In this document: one piece after another, positions 18,268-27,819 of the stretch | Numbering within the stretch: the first letter of the stretch is position 1 | Layout: each line of letters begins with the position of its first letter | DNA from: Escherichia phage FL31 | DNA: 64,000 bases | Sequence record: PP400782 | Reading direction: 5' to 3' (one strand) | Program-made: the position numbers and the translations under genes | The notes under the pieces: model-generated | The model's database searches: none | What the model was told of the DNA's origin: nothing | What the model saw: only the letters and a program-made list of their open reading frames with translations

Positions 18268-18673
18268 TATTTTTCCTTTCATCAATTAAATATGCAATGC
18301 CAAATACAATACATGTAATAAAACCTGTGATACAGATAGAAACCAACAACACTGTACCAAAGAACCAAATCAAGTTATCTTTAGTAGTTTGTTTGATATC
18401 CATCTCACGAATTTCTATAGCTATCGTATCACCTTTATTCAGAAGCGTATAAAACGATGGCGATACACGCCTGTCAAAAACTCGTCCTTGCTCATCTTTA
18501 TAGACTGCAATAAATTCTAATTTAGAATATTTTCCTGTAGATTGGCCTGAGATTAATTCCACTACCTCCACAGGAATTACTTTAGTTTCCATGTAAGTAT
18601 TCTGACTGTTCCAAATGAATGGAATAATAGCAAAAACTAAAGCTGCGATAAAACAACGAAGGCTATATCTCAT
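18260..18673 (-). CDS. Membrane protein (two predicted TM helices)
   Basis: 137 aa; hydrophobic N- and C-terminal segments. Confidence 0.5.
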   Translation of the reverse strand: MRYSLRCFIAALVFAIIPFIWNSQNTYMETKVIPVEVVELISGQSTGKYSKLEFIAVYKDEQGRVFDRRVSPSFYTLLNKGDTIAIEIREMDIKQTTKDNLIWFFGTVLLVSICITGFITCIVFGIAYLIDERKNNV

Positions 18674-18978
18674 TATAATGTTCTCTCAAATTTGTGGAAG
18701 CATTTACGGCATTTCAATTTCAAGTTATCAGTGGTCCAGTTAACCAGTTGGACTTGGATAGTTCCACATTCCGGGCATGGATGTTTTGCTGCCGATTTGG
18801 CAGCATTTTCACGTCGTTCAACCATTTTCATTATTTCGTTCCATGCCGGAGGAACGAACTCTTCTTCACCGTGGATTTTATCTCGCTGAACAAATTCAAT
18901 CTTTGAACTATCGTCAATAAACTTAACCAAGCGGTGATTAGTGTTCATATCAATATCCTCTAGAAGACGTAGGTTCAT
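18673..18978 (-). CDS. Zinc-ribbon protein
   Basis: 101 aa; CPECG...CRKC. Confidence 0.5.
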   Translation of the reverse strand: MNLRLLEDIDMNTNHRLVKFIDDSSKIEFVQRDKIHGEEEFVPPAWNEIMKMVERRENAAKSAAKHPCPECGTIQVQLVNWTTDNLKLKCRKCFHKFERTL

Positions 18979-19928
18979 TATAACACCTCAATGGCATTTC
19001 GTAAACCGTCCGCTTTCGCATTCAGAGCTTTTAATGATTTAGTTTGTTCTGCAATTTGGGCTTCGACTTCTTTCAGACGAGATTTGAGATATTCGCGTTC
19101 TTCAGCCATGATATCGACCTTTTCTGCTTTAGGTTCTTTAATAGGCTTAGGTTTATACGTATTAGGGTTCTTCAGCTTAATTCGGGTACGAGAACTGTAT
19201 AACATTGAACCGTTATCTTCGGATTCGTCGAACGTTTCAACAACATCCATAGTCTCTAACAATGTAATAAGTTTATAAGACAACGAACGAATAGTTTTGT
19301 TGTGCTTATTAATTTCTTCGGCTTTCATGGTACCGAGATTACGTGAGTAATAATAAGGAACCTGGATATCAATTGATAATGATGCGTTACCATTACCGGT
19401 TGGTTTGAATACTGCAGTAACCCAATCTTTAACATGAACTTTATTTGTACGACCATCACCGCCTGTGAATAATTTACGAGAATGTTTAAAAAGCATATTC
19501 ACTTGTTTATTGAATTCACAAGCAAATTTATCAGCGAATTTAGTTTCAGGAATGGTAGTTAACCAATCAGCCAAATGAGTCTTTTTAACATCATTAACAA
19601 TAGTGAATTCAACCAAATCGGTTTTAGATGTCACAGATTTAATAAAGTTCGGCTTCATAAAGTTTTTGATGTTATCACGAGCCACAGTAGAAGATAATAA
19701 ACGAGAACGTTTGAACCATTGAAGCAGTGTCCCTAATGAATGAGAATACGCATTCTGAGTATCTTTACAGATATGATTTTCTTGGCCTGTGTATGTACCA
19801 AAATCGCGAAGAATACCACTTACTACATCTCGGTGTGGAACATCAAATCCTAGTGCGCCAGTAGCGCGCTGAGCATGAACGTTAGCGATAAGGCCGGCAA
19901 AGTATTCAATGTAATGTGAACGTGTCAT
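18978..19928 (-). CDS. Hypothetical protein with C-terminal coiled coil
   Basis: 316 aa ORF, ATG at 19928. Confidence 0.55.
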   Translation of the reverse strand: MTRSHYIEYFAGLIANVHAQRATGALGFDVPHRDVVSGILRDFGTYTGQENHICKDTQNAYSHSLGTLLQWFKRSRLLSSTVARDNIKNFMKPNFIKSVTSKTDLVEFTIVNDVKKTHLADWLTTIPETKFADKFACEFNKQVNMLFKHSRKLFTGGDGRTNKVHVKDWVTAVFKPTGNGNASLSIDIQVPYYYSRNLGTMKAEEINKHNKTIRSLSYKLITLLETMDVVETFDESEDNGSMLYSSRTRIKLKNPNTYKPKPIKEPKAEKVDIMAEEREYLKSRLKEVEAQIAEQTKSLKALNAKADGLRNAIEVL

Positions 19929-19947
19929 AATATTTTCCTCTCGTTAA

Positions 19948-19985
19948 GATAGAAAGATTATACTCCAACCATCCTTGGTTGTACA
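19948..19985 (-). promoter_or_regulatory. PeSL-like early promoter cassette
   Basis: Minus strand TGTACA-N17-TATAAT with CAACCA/TGGTTG inverted repeat in the spacer. Confidence 0.5.
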
Positions 19986-20981
19986 TCATTCCTTAAGAAG
20001 TTTTACTACTTGAATAAGATTAGCTCGTTCTGTTTTATTTTTACCATTTAAGCCTGCTAATCGTGAGATTTCATCGTCAGTCTGTTGAATAGTTACATTA
20101 AGTTCGTTAATCAAAGCTTCAAAGTATTTGATTTGCTCAGCATGTTTTGATTCAAATTTCTGAACAGGAATAACGTCTTGGTTCAGTTCATCAATAAGGT
20201 CTTTAAGAGCATCTTCTTGGTTGATATCATATTCAACTTCTTTTATTTCTTCAACGAGCTCGTCTTTATATCTAACGTCTTTTAGTCCTGGTGCTGGTCC
20301 TGAAATCTCTTCTTTAAGAGTACAAACATATCCAATACGGTATCCAGTTCCGTCTCGCTTGATATCAACTTCGTCGATAAATCCACAATGTTTAAGCCCG
20401 GAGCCGATTATGTCAAAATATCCTTGACGTCGTCCTTCAAACGTTACACGAACTACTAAGACAGTTTTGCCACCGACCTTTTGAAGCTCACATTTATAAA
20501 AGTTTGTTGAACCTGAATAACATGGATGAGTTTTAAAGTTCATCTGACGATCTAGGCCCATTTGTAAACGTGCTGTTACGGCCATAAAACGTGTTTGGTT
20601 CTCGTTAAGATGAGCAACAATCCATTTCAAAGGCATTTTACACTGTTCACGGCCGAACAAATCAGTACGTCCTAGATTACGCAGGATGTTGTTAGAGTTA
20701 ATCATCGACAGAACGTTAAGTTTATTCAGCGCGCTGAAGATTCCATCAGCCATTGATTTTCCATAACCTTTACACGCTTTAATAAGTGCTCGCGGCAGAT
20801 TAGTATAGATTTCAGACGGCATATGAAAATCAAATTTACTAACCGGTAATTGATGAACTTGGATAGCAATTTGCTCATAATTAAGTGCTCTGCGATCATT
20901 ATGGTCTTTAAACCACACTTTAATCTGTGAAGCACATAAACCGTTAATTTCATGTTTTACCGCATCAGATGTAATGCTCAT
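19986..20981 (-). CDS. Hypothetical protein
   Basis: 331 aa ORF. Confidence 0.55.
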   Translation of the reverse strand: MSITSDAVKHEINGLCASQIKVWFKDHNDRRALNYEQIAIQVHQLPVSKFDFHMPSEIYTNLPRALIKACKGYGKSMADGIFSALNKLNVLSMINSNNILRNLGRTDLFGREQCKMPLKWIVAHLNENQTRFMAVTARLQMGLDRQMNFKTHPCYSGSTNFYKCELQKVGGKTVLVVRVTFEGRRQGYFDIIGSGLKHCGFIDEVDIKRDGTGYRIGYVCTLKEEISGPAPGLKDVRYKDELVEEIKEVEYDINQEDALKDLIDELNQDVIPVQKFESKHAEQIKYFEALINELNVTIQQTDDEISRLAGLNGKNKTERANLIQVVKLLKE

Positions 20982-21043
20982 AACTATTTCCTCAGATTGA
21001 ATTGGAACTCAAAACCATTATAACCCGTCCTTGGGTAAAGCGT

Positions 21044-21571
21044 TTATGCGTGAACCGTCTTTAAACGTTCTTCAAATTTCCGAAGAGTACTAATACGTTC
21101 TGCTTTCTGTTTTGTATAGTTTGCAATACGTTCTGAAGTGAGAGCGTATCGTTCGTTTACTGATTCTTTCATGAAGTCAGGGATTTCACGAGAAGCTTTA
21201 ATTTCATCAAACTTATCGAGTACTGCCTGGTCTTCAGCAATTAAATTTTCGTACATCTCGATATCTTTCTTGATGAAGTCGATATCTTCCTGGGTTACTT
21301 TGGATAAACGAGATGCTTTATCCTTTTTGTACTGCTCGTTAGTTTCACGAGACCAGAATAATGTACGTTTTTTGTTAGTGTTTTTGTAGACTTCCACAAT
21401 TCCAACTGAATCGATGATAACAATCCAATTCCAGCGAGATTTGAAAATCTGACCTCCGTCCACGGTAATCTCGTTACCATAAGCAACGTCATTAAAGAAC
21501 TTGCTTTGTGCTTCAGATTTAAATTTACCGTCGTTATAATTTACCAGGTTGAAAATATCTTTAGCGTTCAT
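21044..21571 (-). CDS. Hypothetical protein
   Basis: 175 aa ORF with GGAGG RBS. Confidence 0.55.
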   Translation of the reverse strand: MNAKDIFNLVNYNDGKFKSEAQSKFFNDVAYGNEITVDGGQIFKSRWNWIVIIDSVGIVEVYKNTNKKRTLFWSRETNEQYKKDKASRLSKVTQEDIDFIKKDIEMYENLIAEDQAVLDKFDEIKASREIPDFMKESVNERYALTSERIANYTKQKAERISTLRKFEERLKTVHA

Positions 21572-21589
21572 GTTTTACCTCCAGTAGTT

Positions 21590-21628
21590 GATAGGTCTAT
21601 AATAACATAACCATAGACCTTGTAAACA
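21590..21628 (-). promoter_or_regulatory. PeSL-like early promoter cassette
   Basis: Minus strand GTTTACA-N16/17-TATTAT; AGGTCTAT/ATAGACCT inverted repeat spans the -10. Confidence 0.6.
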
Positions 21629-21629
21629 A

Positions 21630-21917
21630 CTAAAAGAAACTTTTTTCGGTATTTTTTCCACTGAACCAAACAGACTTCGGGATTTTTTGTAATTTTTCAG
21701 ATTTAAGTTTCTCTTCCTGTTCTTTCTTATATACACCCTTGTCGTACTGGAGCATCTCTATGGCATTCTTTTGCAAACGATCTAAGGTAATTAAGGCTTT
21801 AGTTTTTCCTTTCAAGGAAGAGTCCTGGCGAACCTCCTCGCTATATTGCATAGTAGAACTAACCATACGATGAGCATAGAGTTCGACTGCGGCTTTAATT
21901 TTTTGCGTAAAATCCAT
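21630..21917 (-). CDS. Hypothetical small protein
   Basis: 95 aa ORF. Confidence 0.45.
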   Translation of the reverse strand: MDFTQKIKAAVELYAHRMVSSTMQYSEEVRQDSSLKGKTKALITLDRLQKNAIEMLQYDKGVYKKEQEEKLKSEKLQKIPKSVWFSGKNTEKSFF

Positions 21918-22056
21918 AACATATCCTCTTTGATTTGTACATCATTATTTTTAAATATTTCTATGCCCTCAGTAGGTTCCCTGGTGTCCTTCTTTGAGGT
22001 AAGCCATATGATTATTCATCTTTATGGCTTTTGTTACCTCAGAACTTCCTATAAGC

Positions 22057-23037
22057 TTATTTCAGTAAAGTAACTTCCGAGATTTCTTCCCAACCATCTT
22101 TATCGGTTGAAATAAAATCTGCTACATAAAGAGCCGTACGTAATGATACATTGCGAAGACGAGATACGTTAGCCTTCATCCAGGACAATGCTTTATACGT
22201 TTCAGCATCAGTCAGACCACGTTTCTGCATCATGTCAGTAGATAATATTACATCTTCAACTCGAACCATAATCTCTTCATTAGAGTGTACTCCAAGGTCC
22301 AAATACACTGAACGAGATACTAAAGCTTGAAGGTGTGGAGCAAGTTTCGAACCGCGTTCTAACTCTTTATCGATATCAACGTTTGTAATGAAAACGATAG
22401 TACCTTCAAACTCAAATTCTTTATCAATACCCTTATCCTCGAGATAAGATGACGCAGTGCTCCAACAAACTTTGCGTTTATCGCCGGTATCTAATGCTGC
22501 TTTAAGAAGGTTCAAGATGTCCATATCTGAGAATACGTCAACGTCGTCGATTAAGAGAACGCTGTCTGCATCACGGTTGAGCCAAAGTTGTTCGTAAAGG
22601 CCAATACCAGAGATTTTACCATTAATGCTTTTGTATTTGATGAAACCATTATCATTAGCATTATTAAGTGCTTTATCCAGAGAATACGTCTTACCAATAC
22701 CGGCTGCACCTGAAATAATGAGTGAACGAATTTTGCCATCGATAATGCCATTCGTCATCATGTTCATTACTTTAAAGCGTTTGTTGATACGAGTTTTCAT
22801 ATCTTCAGTGCTTTCAATAACTGCAACTGGTGACGTCTCAACTCCTTCCATTATGATGTCTGATTTGAAGACCCATACTCCACGTTCAGAACCATCGATC
22901 ATAACGAAAATTTTACCATCACCTAAGTGGGAACATTCAGGATTAAGCTTTGCCGGGAACCAGGTCTTTGTGGCAACATAAGAACCAGAGATTTCGTTAT
23001 TACGGTAGATACCTTTTTTGATTTGAACGTTGAACAT
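22057..23037 (-). CDS. P-loop NTPase (Walker A/B) of unknown function
   Basis: ATG at 23037; GAAGIGKT (Walker A), LLIDDVD (Walker B). Confidence 0.6.
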   Translation of the reverse strand: MFNVQIKKGIYRNNEISGSYVATKTWFPAKLNPECSHLGDGKIFVMIDGSERGVWVFKSDIIMEGVETSPVAVIESTEDMKTRINKRFKVMNMMTNGIIDGKIRSLIISGAAGIGKTYSLDKALNNANDNGFIKYKSINGKISGIGLYEQLWLNRDADSVLLIDDVDVFSDMDILNLLKAALDTGDKRKVCWSTASSYLEDKGIDKEFEFEGTIVFITNVDIDKELERGSKLAPHLQALVSRSVYLDLGVHSNEEIMVRVEDVILSTDMMQKRGLTDAETYKALSWMKANVSRLRNVSLRTALYVADFISTDKDGWEEISEVTLLK

Positions 23038-23067
23038 TTTATTCTCCAAATTTACTCATTTCGTTTC

Positions 23068-23106
23068 GATAGGTCTATAATAACATGTTTAAAGCAAAAG
23101 TAAACA
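23068..23106 (-). promoter_or_regulatory. PeSL-like early promoter cassette (also carries a TGCTTTA MotA-box-like motif)
   Basis: Minus strand GTTTAC-TTTTGCTTTAAACATGT-TATTAT-AGACCTATC. Confidence 0.55.
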
Positions 23107-23107
23107 A

Positions 23108-23326
23108 TTATTTGCGACGAGATTTTTTGATAAGAGGTTGAAAGAACACTGCTTTACCAGCAGGAGTCAAAGTGACTCGTAATGCATTACCGATTCCCAA
23201 GGATGCTTTAACCAGACCTTTAGATTTCAGTTCACCAAATGCTTGACGTTGGTCTGCATCACGAGTGTTAACCATAAGACCTTTATCACCGGCTTCACGA
23301 ATCATTTCTAACATTTTGGTTTTCAT
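23108..23326 (-). CDS. Small basic protein, possible DNA-binding
   Basis: 72 aa ORF with GAGGAG RBS. Confidence 0.45.
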   Translation of the reverse strand: MKTKMLEMIREAGDKGLMVNTRDADQRQAFGELKSKGLVKASLGIGNALRVTLTPAGKAVFFQPLIKKSRRK

Positions 23327-23347
23327 TTTGTTTTCTCCTCTTGTTTT

Positions 23348-23385
23348 GATAGGTCTATAATAACATATCCTAAAAGCGTGTACAC
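23348..23385 (-). promoter_or_regulatory. PeSL-like early promoter cassette
   Basis: Minus strand GTACAC...TATTAT-AGACCTATCAAAAC. Confidence 0.5.
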
Positions 23386-23414
23386 TACTTTTTAAAAATA
23401 TTTTGACCCCCTAA

Positions 23415-23430
23415 AGGGCCCGAAGGCCCT
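23415..23430 (-). other. UUCG-tetraloop hairpin just downstream of the nucleotidyltransferase-like gene
   Basis: agggcccgaaggccct; mRNA GGGCC-UUCG-GGCCC. Confidence 0.45.
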
Positions 23431-23432
23431 TA

Positions 23433-24422
23433 TCATTTATAGTACGAATTGTGGTTTTCTAAGTAGACTTGTTCAAGGAAGTCATCCCAGAAACTCATAT
23501 CTACTTTTTGTTGCATACCGTTCTTAGCGGCTTGTTCTGATGCTTTTTCAACTTGGTCGACGATATCTTCTAGGAATTCTTGTACAGTTTTAAACGTATG
23601 TTTACCAAGCTTAACATCGAGAATAAATGGAGCATCTTGAAGTGGGTAAACCAGGTCACCGGTTTTGTAAATTTCCAATAGTTGGAGTCCACCACGACAT
23701 GCATGACTCAATGCTTTCCAGTCAATACCTTCGTTGGCTTCCGCCTTACGAGCACGTTCGCCATAGTTCTCTTCCAGTTTAACCAGGATGGCATTGAACT
23801 CTTTATTGGTTAACGTATCTTGGAATTTACGGTCTAACAGATTATAGAATGTTTGCTTACCTGTTTTCTCGTTTTCGGTTTCAACCCATGAAGCAAATTC
23901 ACCTACAGGCAGAACATTCTTCATATGTGATAAACGAATTACTGCACCATTATCAAAGTATTGTCCCCATTCATTAGAACGTTTAAGGGCTTGACGAAGA
24001 ACAGCCAGTCGAGAACCCTTGACACCGTATTTAGAAGCTTGCTTACGGACATACCCTAAATAAGATTTCATGTTAGTGGTATAGAAACGAGACCTGTTAT
24101 CTTGAATATACTTCCATACATCAGGCAAATCAGATTTAACTACTAGACTTTGTGGAGTGTGAAGCATATCTAATGCGACGGTTTCACCATCCGCAGCTAG
24201 TTTAAAGAAATATTTGAGACTATACAACTCATGGTCCACGTCGTCTTTTGTGTTCTTAGAAGATGTGTTATTCGTGTTCTTGCTCATGTGTTCTTTAACG
24301 TTACCGGTCAAGATATCACGAGCATGAGGGACATAAATTTCTTTAAAATCGACGTCAGATTCAGGAGTAGACGTTCCATAAAGGTGGCTACCAAAGTAGC
24401 CTTTCATAATTGTTTTCATCAT
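23433..24422 (-). CDS. Nucleotidyltransferase-fold (pol-beta superfamily) protein
   Basis: N-terminal GSHLYGTSTPESDVDF fits G[GS]x9-13[DE]h[DE]h; 329 aa. Confidence 0.45.
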   Translation of the reverse strand: MMKTIMKGYFGSHLYGTSTPESDVDFKEIYVPHARDILTGNVKEHMSKNTNNTSSKNTKDDVDHELYSLKYFFKLAADGETVALDMLHTPQSLVVKSDLPDVWKYIQDNRSRFYTTNMKSYLGYVRKQASKYGVKGSRLAVLRQALKRSNEWGQYFDNGAVIRLSHMKNVLPVGEFASWVETENEKTGKQTFYNLLDRKFQDTLTNKEFNAILVKLEENYGERARKAEANEGIDWKALSHACRGGLQLLEIYKTGDLVYPLQDAPFILDVKLGKHTFKTVQEFLEDIVDQVEKASEQAAKNGMQQKVDMSFWDDFLEQVYLENHNSYYK

Positions 24423-24892
24423 TTAGCCTTATATTCAAGAGTAGGACAGACTTTTTCTTTACGAGCTTTAAGGTATTCGCCTATTAATGATTTCTTACGT
24501 TCAATAGGCTCAAGTCCATTTTTAATTCGTTCTTGGTTTTGTGCAATGAGCTCAATTTCTTTATAATATTTTCTGTCGTTATATTTGTCTAACAACCAAG
24601 ACGGACCAATTACCAACCCGGTAGAAATAAAAGCCATGACTGCTACAATTAAAACGCCTACACCAATTGAAGCTGGAACTAATGTCCATAGACTGCTAAA
24701 AACAAAGAATTTAGTTAAAATTTCATGGCCAATGATTGTGACTGCTGCTAAAATCGCAAATCCAATAATTGAAACAGCTAATACCGGGATTAGCGTTTTC
24801 CAAAAATAAGCACACAACGTTTTCGGACGATTCCATGTACTATTGAACGCGGCATAAATTTTAAAGTGCCAAGAGTTTTCATTGATAATCAT
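24419..24892 (-). CDS. Integral membrane protein (about 4 TM helices)
   Basis: 157 aa, long hydrophobic stretches; overlaps start of the nucleotidyltransferase-like gene. Confidence 0.55.
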   Translation of the reverse strand: MIINENSWHFKIYAAFNSTWNRPKTLCAYFWKTLIPVLAVSIIGFAILAAVTIIGHEILTKFFVFSSLWTLVPASIGVGVLIVAVMAFISTGLVIGPSWLLDKYNDRKYYKEIELIAQNQERIKNGLEPIERKKSLIGEYLKARKEKVCPTLEYKAK

Positions 24893-24901
24893 AATAATTC
24901 C

Positions 24902-25444
24902 TTATTTCAAAGTTGGGATAATGGAATCGAGATAAGCTTTAAGAGCTACAGCTTCGTCTTTGGTAAATGTAGTAACATGTGAACGTAAATCATCATTTTG
25001 GCGAATAGTTACTACATCACCATCTTCATAAGAATTCATGACAGCCAAAGTCGTGGTATAGTTTGGAGCTATTGGATTAATAATGTAAGCACCACGACTG
25101 ATACCCCATTTAAGTTTAGCCTTTTCAGGTGGTTCGGATTCCAAGAATTCTTTCACCTTAGCAACGAATGTTTTCCAGTTATCGATAGAAAGGCATTTGT
25201 CTTCAGTTTCGATATTAGCACCGTTATAAAGCCCATGATAAAAACGAGCCTGAAGGTCTCCACCAATATTAATTGCCGATGCATGACCAGGCGGATTGAG
25301 TTTCAAAATCTCGTCTAGTTCCATAGGACAAATAGTAATACCATCATCTTCCTGAGTCAGAACGTATACATTACCACGTTTTTCGATAGTCAAATCACCG
25401 AACAGTTCGGTTGTTTCAATTACAGTTTTCATATTATTCACCAA
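24902..25444 (-). CDS. Hypothetical protein
   Basis: 180 aa ORF. Confidence 0.5.
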   Translation of the reverse strand: MVNNMKTVIETTELFGDLTIEKRGNVYVLTQEDDGITICPMELDEILKLNPPGHASAINIGGDLQARFYHGLYNGANIETEDKCLSIDNWKTFVAKVKEFLESEPPEKAKLKWGISRGAYIINPIAPNYTTTLAVMNSYEDGDVVTIRQNDDLRSHVTTFTKDEAVALKAYLDSIIPTLK

Positions 25445-25739
25445 TTAAAGTTTCAACAAAATTCACCAAATCATTCTGACGAGCATCAACTTGTTTTTCA
25501 TAAAAGTCTCCACAGTCATTTACTGCATGATAAGCTACATCATTTAAATCTGAATCAGCTTCACGTAAGTCATGGATAAGGTCCATCAATTTATTAGCTT
25601 GTTCGCGTGTCATTTTACCATACTCGCTTCAATAAGATTCACTATGCCGTTTACCATGTTATAAGTAAACATCGGATAATTGTATTGTACTACAACATAA
25701 GCGATAAGCAAAAGTTTCATTTTGTTCTCCGTTCGTTTT

Positions 25740-25778
25740 GGTAGGACTACTATAACATAATCCTACCAAGATGTAAAC
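25740..25778 (-). promoter_or_regulatory. PeSL-like early promoter cassette
   Basis: ggtaggactactataacataatcctacc followed by gtaaac (minus-strand GTTTAC -35); GGTAGGA/TCCTACC arms. Confidence 0.5.
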
Positions 25779-26011
25779 TACCGATTGTGTTTTAAATGTT
25801 GATAAAGTTCTTCAACTTGTTTAGGGTCCAAAACAATTAGGTCATTTTCTTGACGAAGATAAATCCATCCCTTATCCCCAGGTCCATTTTTACAAAACAT
25901 CACCACCGTATCATCATCTTCAGCGCTTTCAGGTAAAAGTTCAAGTACACCGTCTTCAGATTTTCCAGTATAATCGTAAAGCATAATATCCTCACATAAT
26001 CTCGTTAACAT
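25778..26011 (-). CDS. Hypothetical small acidic protein
   Basis: 77 aa ORF. Confidence 0.4.
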   Translation of the reverse strand: MLTRLCEDIMLYDYTGKSEDGVLELLPESAEDDDTVVMFCKNGPGDKGWIYLRQENDLIVLDPKQVEELYQHLKHNR

Positions 26012-26171
26012 ACATTTGCAATTCGGTGTGGGCTTCGGCCATCTTTTTCATAGCTCTGTTAATGTCGATGTCTCCATCTTCGCAACCATGAGCATTTTCC
26101 CAATCAGATACCGCATTAGCGTACTCTTCAATCAAAAACATCAACTTAGAAATCTTTTCTTTACGTGTCAT
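25992..26171 (-). CDS. Hypothetical small protein
   Basis: ATG at 26171 with GAGGAG RBS (track ORF over-extended to 26240). Confidence 0.4.
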   Translation of the reverse strand: MTRKEKISKLMFLIEEYANAVSDWENAHGCEDGDIDINRAMKKMAEAHTELQMYVNEIM

Positions 26172-26198
26172 AGCGTTCTCCTCTAGTAAGTAAGGTTT

Positions 26199-26227
26199 AC
26201 TATAACACAACCTGAGGAGAAGTAAAC
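26199..26227 (-). promoter_or_regulatory. PeSL-like early promoter
   Basis: Minus strand GTTTAC-TTCTCCTCAGGTTGTGT-TATAGT. Confidence 0.5.
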
Positions 26228-26242
26228 TGATAGATGCCAAAA

Positions 26243-26266
26243 AGCCCCAACCATAAGGAAGGGGCT
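26243..26266 (-). terminator. Terminator-like hairpin followed by U-run, immediately upstream of a promoter cassette
   Basis: agccccaaccataaggaaggggct preceded on plus strand by aaaa. Confidence 0.5.
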
Positions 26267-26272
26267 AGTAAA

Positions 26273-26575
26273 TTAGATAGATGTAGGCTCTAATTTTATT
26301 TTCATGAACTCGGCAAATTGTCTGGCAGTTTTTATGCCTTGTTCATGACATTCAAATGCATCATCACAGGGGCTATTTTTGTAATGCTTTGCCATATACT
26401 TATAGAATTTTTCAGAATTCTCAACATTTTGAATTTCGAACAAAGTATATACGTTTTTAATCCCTGATTCCATAAAGTTATCAAAGTATGGGTCAACATA
26501 TGCAGTACCAACGATAGGAGTTGTTGCTGCAAAAAACCCTAGCATCGCCATGACAGCTATCGCTCTTAAGGCCAT
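26273..26575 (-). CDS. Secreted/periplasmic small protein (signal peptide)
   Basis: MALRAIAVMAMLGFFAATTPIVGTAYV N-terminus. Confidence 0.5.
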   Translation of the reverse strand: MALRAIAVMAMLGFFAATTPIVGTAYVDPYFDNFMESGIKNVYTLFEIQNVENSEKFYKYMAKHYKNSPCDDAFECHEQGIKTARQFAEFMKIKLEPTSI

Positions 26576-26587
26576 ATAGGCCTCCTG

Positions 26588-26800
26588 TTAATTTTGGCCA
26601 GTATTTATTTTTCGCCTTTGGACGGCCTTAACATCTGTGAGGTATTTTTCCAGCTTGCGCTTGCGTGTATAATCAGCTTTAGAACCAGTTTGACGGATAT
26701 CCTCGTTTAAATGAGAAATAGAATGTCCTAATTCTCTTCGGATTTCATCCAATTGGGTTACAGTAAGATTACGAAGTTGTCTTTCGTTTAATTGCTGCAT
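26588..26800 (-). CDS. Hypothetical small protein
   Basis: 70 aa ORF. Confidence 0.45.
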   Translation of the reverse strand: MQQLNERQLRNLTVTQLDEIRRELGHSISHLNEDIRQTGSKADYTRKRKLEKYLTDVKAVQRRKINTGQN

Positions 26801-26827
26801 ATATACCTCTTGGTTAGATATTAGTAT

Positions 26828-27409
26828 TTATAACAACCCTGTCAAATCATTCCAATGCTTCCGGCATAATGACACGTATCTATCGGTATCACCAATTTCA
26901 ATTTGACTGCCATCTGTAATTGGAAGTCCGTCTTCCGTGACTCTAGCTACCATTGTGGCCTTTTTACCACAATGACAGACACCTTTAAGTTCAACAAGCT
27001 TATCGGCAATAGCCATTAATGCTTGAGAACCTTCAAATAGATTACCTTTAAAATCTGTTCGTAGTCCATATGCCATTACCGGCACATTGTATACGTCAAC
27101 AATACGACTAAGTTGATACACCTTTTCAGTAGTTAAGAACTGAGCTTCGTCAACAAATACACAGTGAATATCCTTTTGTGCTGCAGCCCATTTATAGAAT
27201 TCAAAGATATCCATGTCTTTTGTAATTATATTGGCATCCTGACGAATACCAATACGAGAGACTATTTCACCTTTTGAATCACGAGTATCAATAGCCGGTT
27301 TAAGAACTAATACACCCATGCCACGTTCTTTATAGTTGTGTGCGGCAGTAAGTAATGAAGCAGACTTACCAGCGTTCATAGCGGCATATGTAAAAATTAA
27401 ACTAGCCAT
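26828..27409 (-). CDS. tk: Thymidine kinase
   Basis: 193 aa; MASLIFTYAAMNAGKSASLL P-loop, VDEAQF, C-terminal zinc-binding cysteines; matches recalled T4 Tk. Confidence 0.95.
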   Translation of the reverse strand: MASLIFTYAAMNAGKSASLLTAAHNYKERGMGVLVLKPAIDTRDSKGEIVSRIGIRQDANIITKDMDIFEFYKWAAAQKDIHCVFVDEAQFLTTEKVYQLSRIVDVYNVPVMAYGLRTDFKGNLFEGSQALMAIADKLVELKGVCHCGKKATMVARVTEDGLPITDGSQIEIGDTDRYVSLCRKHWNDLTGLL

Positions 27410-27418
27410 AAGAGTCCC

Positions 27419-27601
27419 TTATAGTGAATTCACGTAGTCAATGAGTTCTTGTTCTTTCCTGTCAAATGATTCCATCAATGCTTGATATTCTTCGTCCGTC
27501 AAAGGAGCATATTCATCATACGCATTGGTGGCTGCTTGCTCATCCAATAGGTCATGGATAAGTTCAAACAGTTTAGTTTTCTCTTCTTTAGTCAATTTCA
27601 T
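27419..27601 (-). CDS. Hypothetical small acidic protein
   Basis: 60 aa ORF. Confidence 0.45.
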   Translation of the reverse strand: MKLTKEEKTKLFELIHDLLDEQAATNAYDEYAPLTDEEYQALMESFDRKEQELIDYVNSL

Positions 27602-27819
27602 TTAGGTTCACCTTCTTTAACGAAATCTGGGTAAGGGTAAAATCCTGAGTAAAACCCTTCACCTTTATGATTGCTACAACCTTTGTTCGAACAGTAACAC
27701 CAATAATCAAAATCACAAGCCATTTCGTCATTGCATAAAGCAAAAACTACAGGCCATTCGCATTTTTCGCATTTAGCACCTGTAAGAATTTTTGTTTGGC
27801 TCATAACAATGGTTCCCAA
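27598..27819 (-). CDS. Cysteine-rich small protein (putative zinc finger)
   Basis: 73 aa; CEKCEW...CNDEMACDFDYWCYCSNKGC. Confidence 0.5.
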   Translation of the reverse strand: MGTIVMSQTKILTGAKCEKCEWPVVFALCNDEMACDFDYWCYCSNKGCSNHKGEGFYSGFYPYPDFVKEGEPK

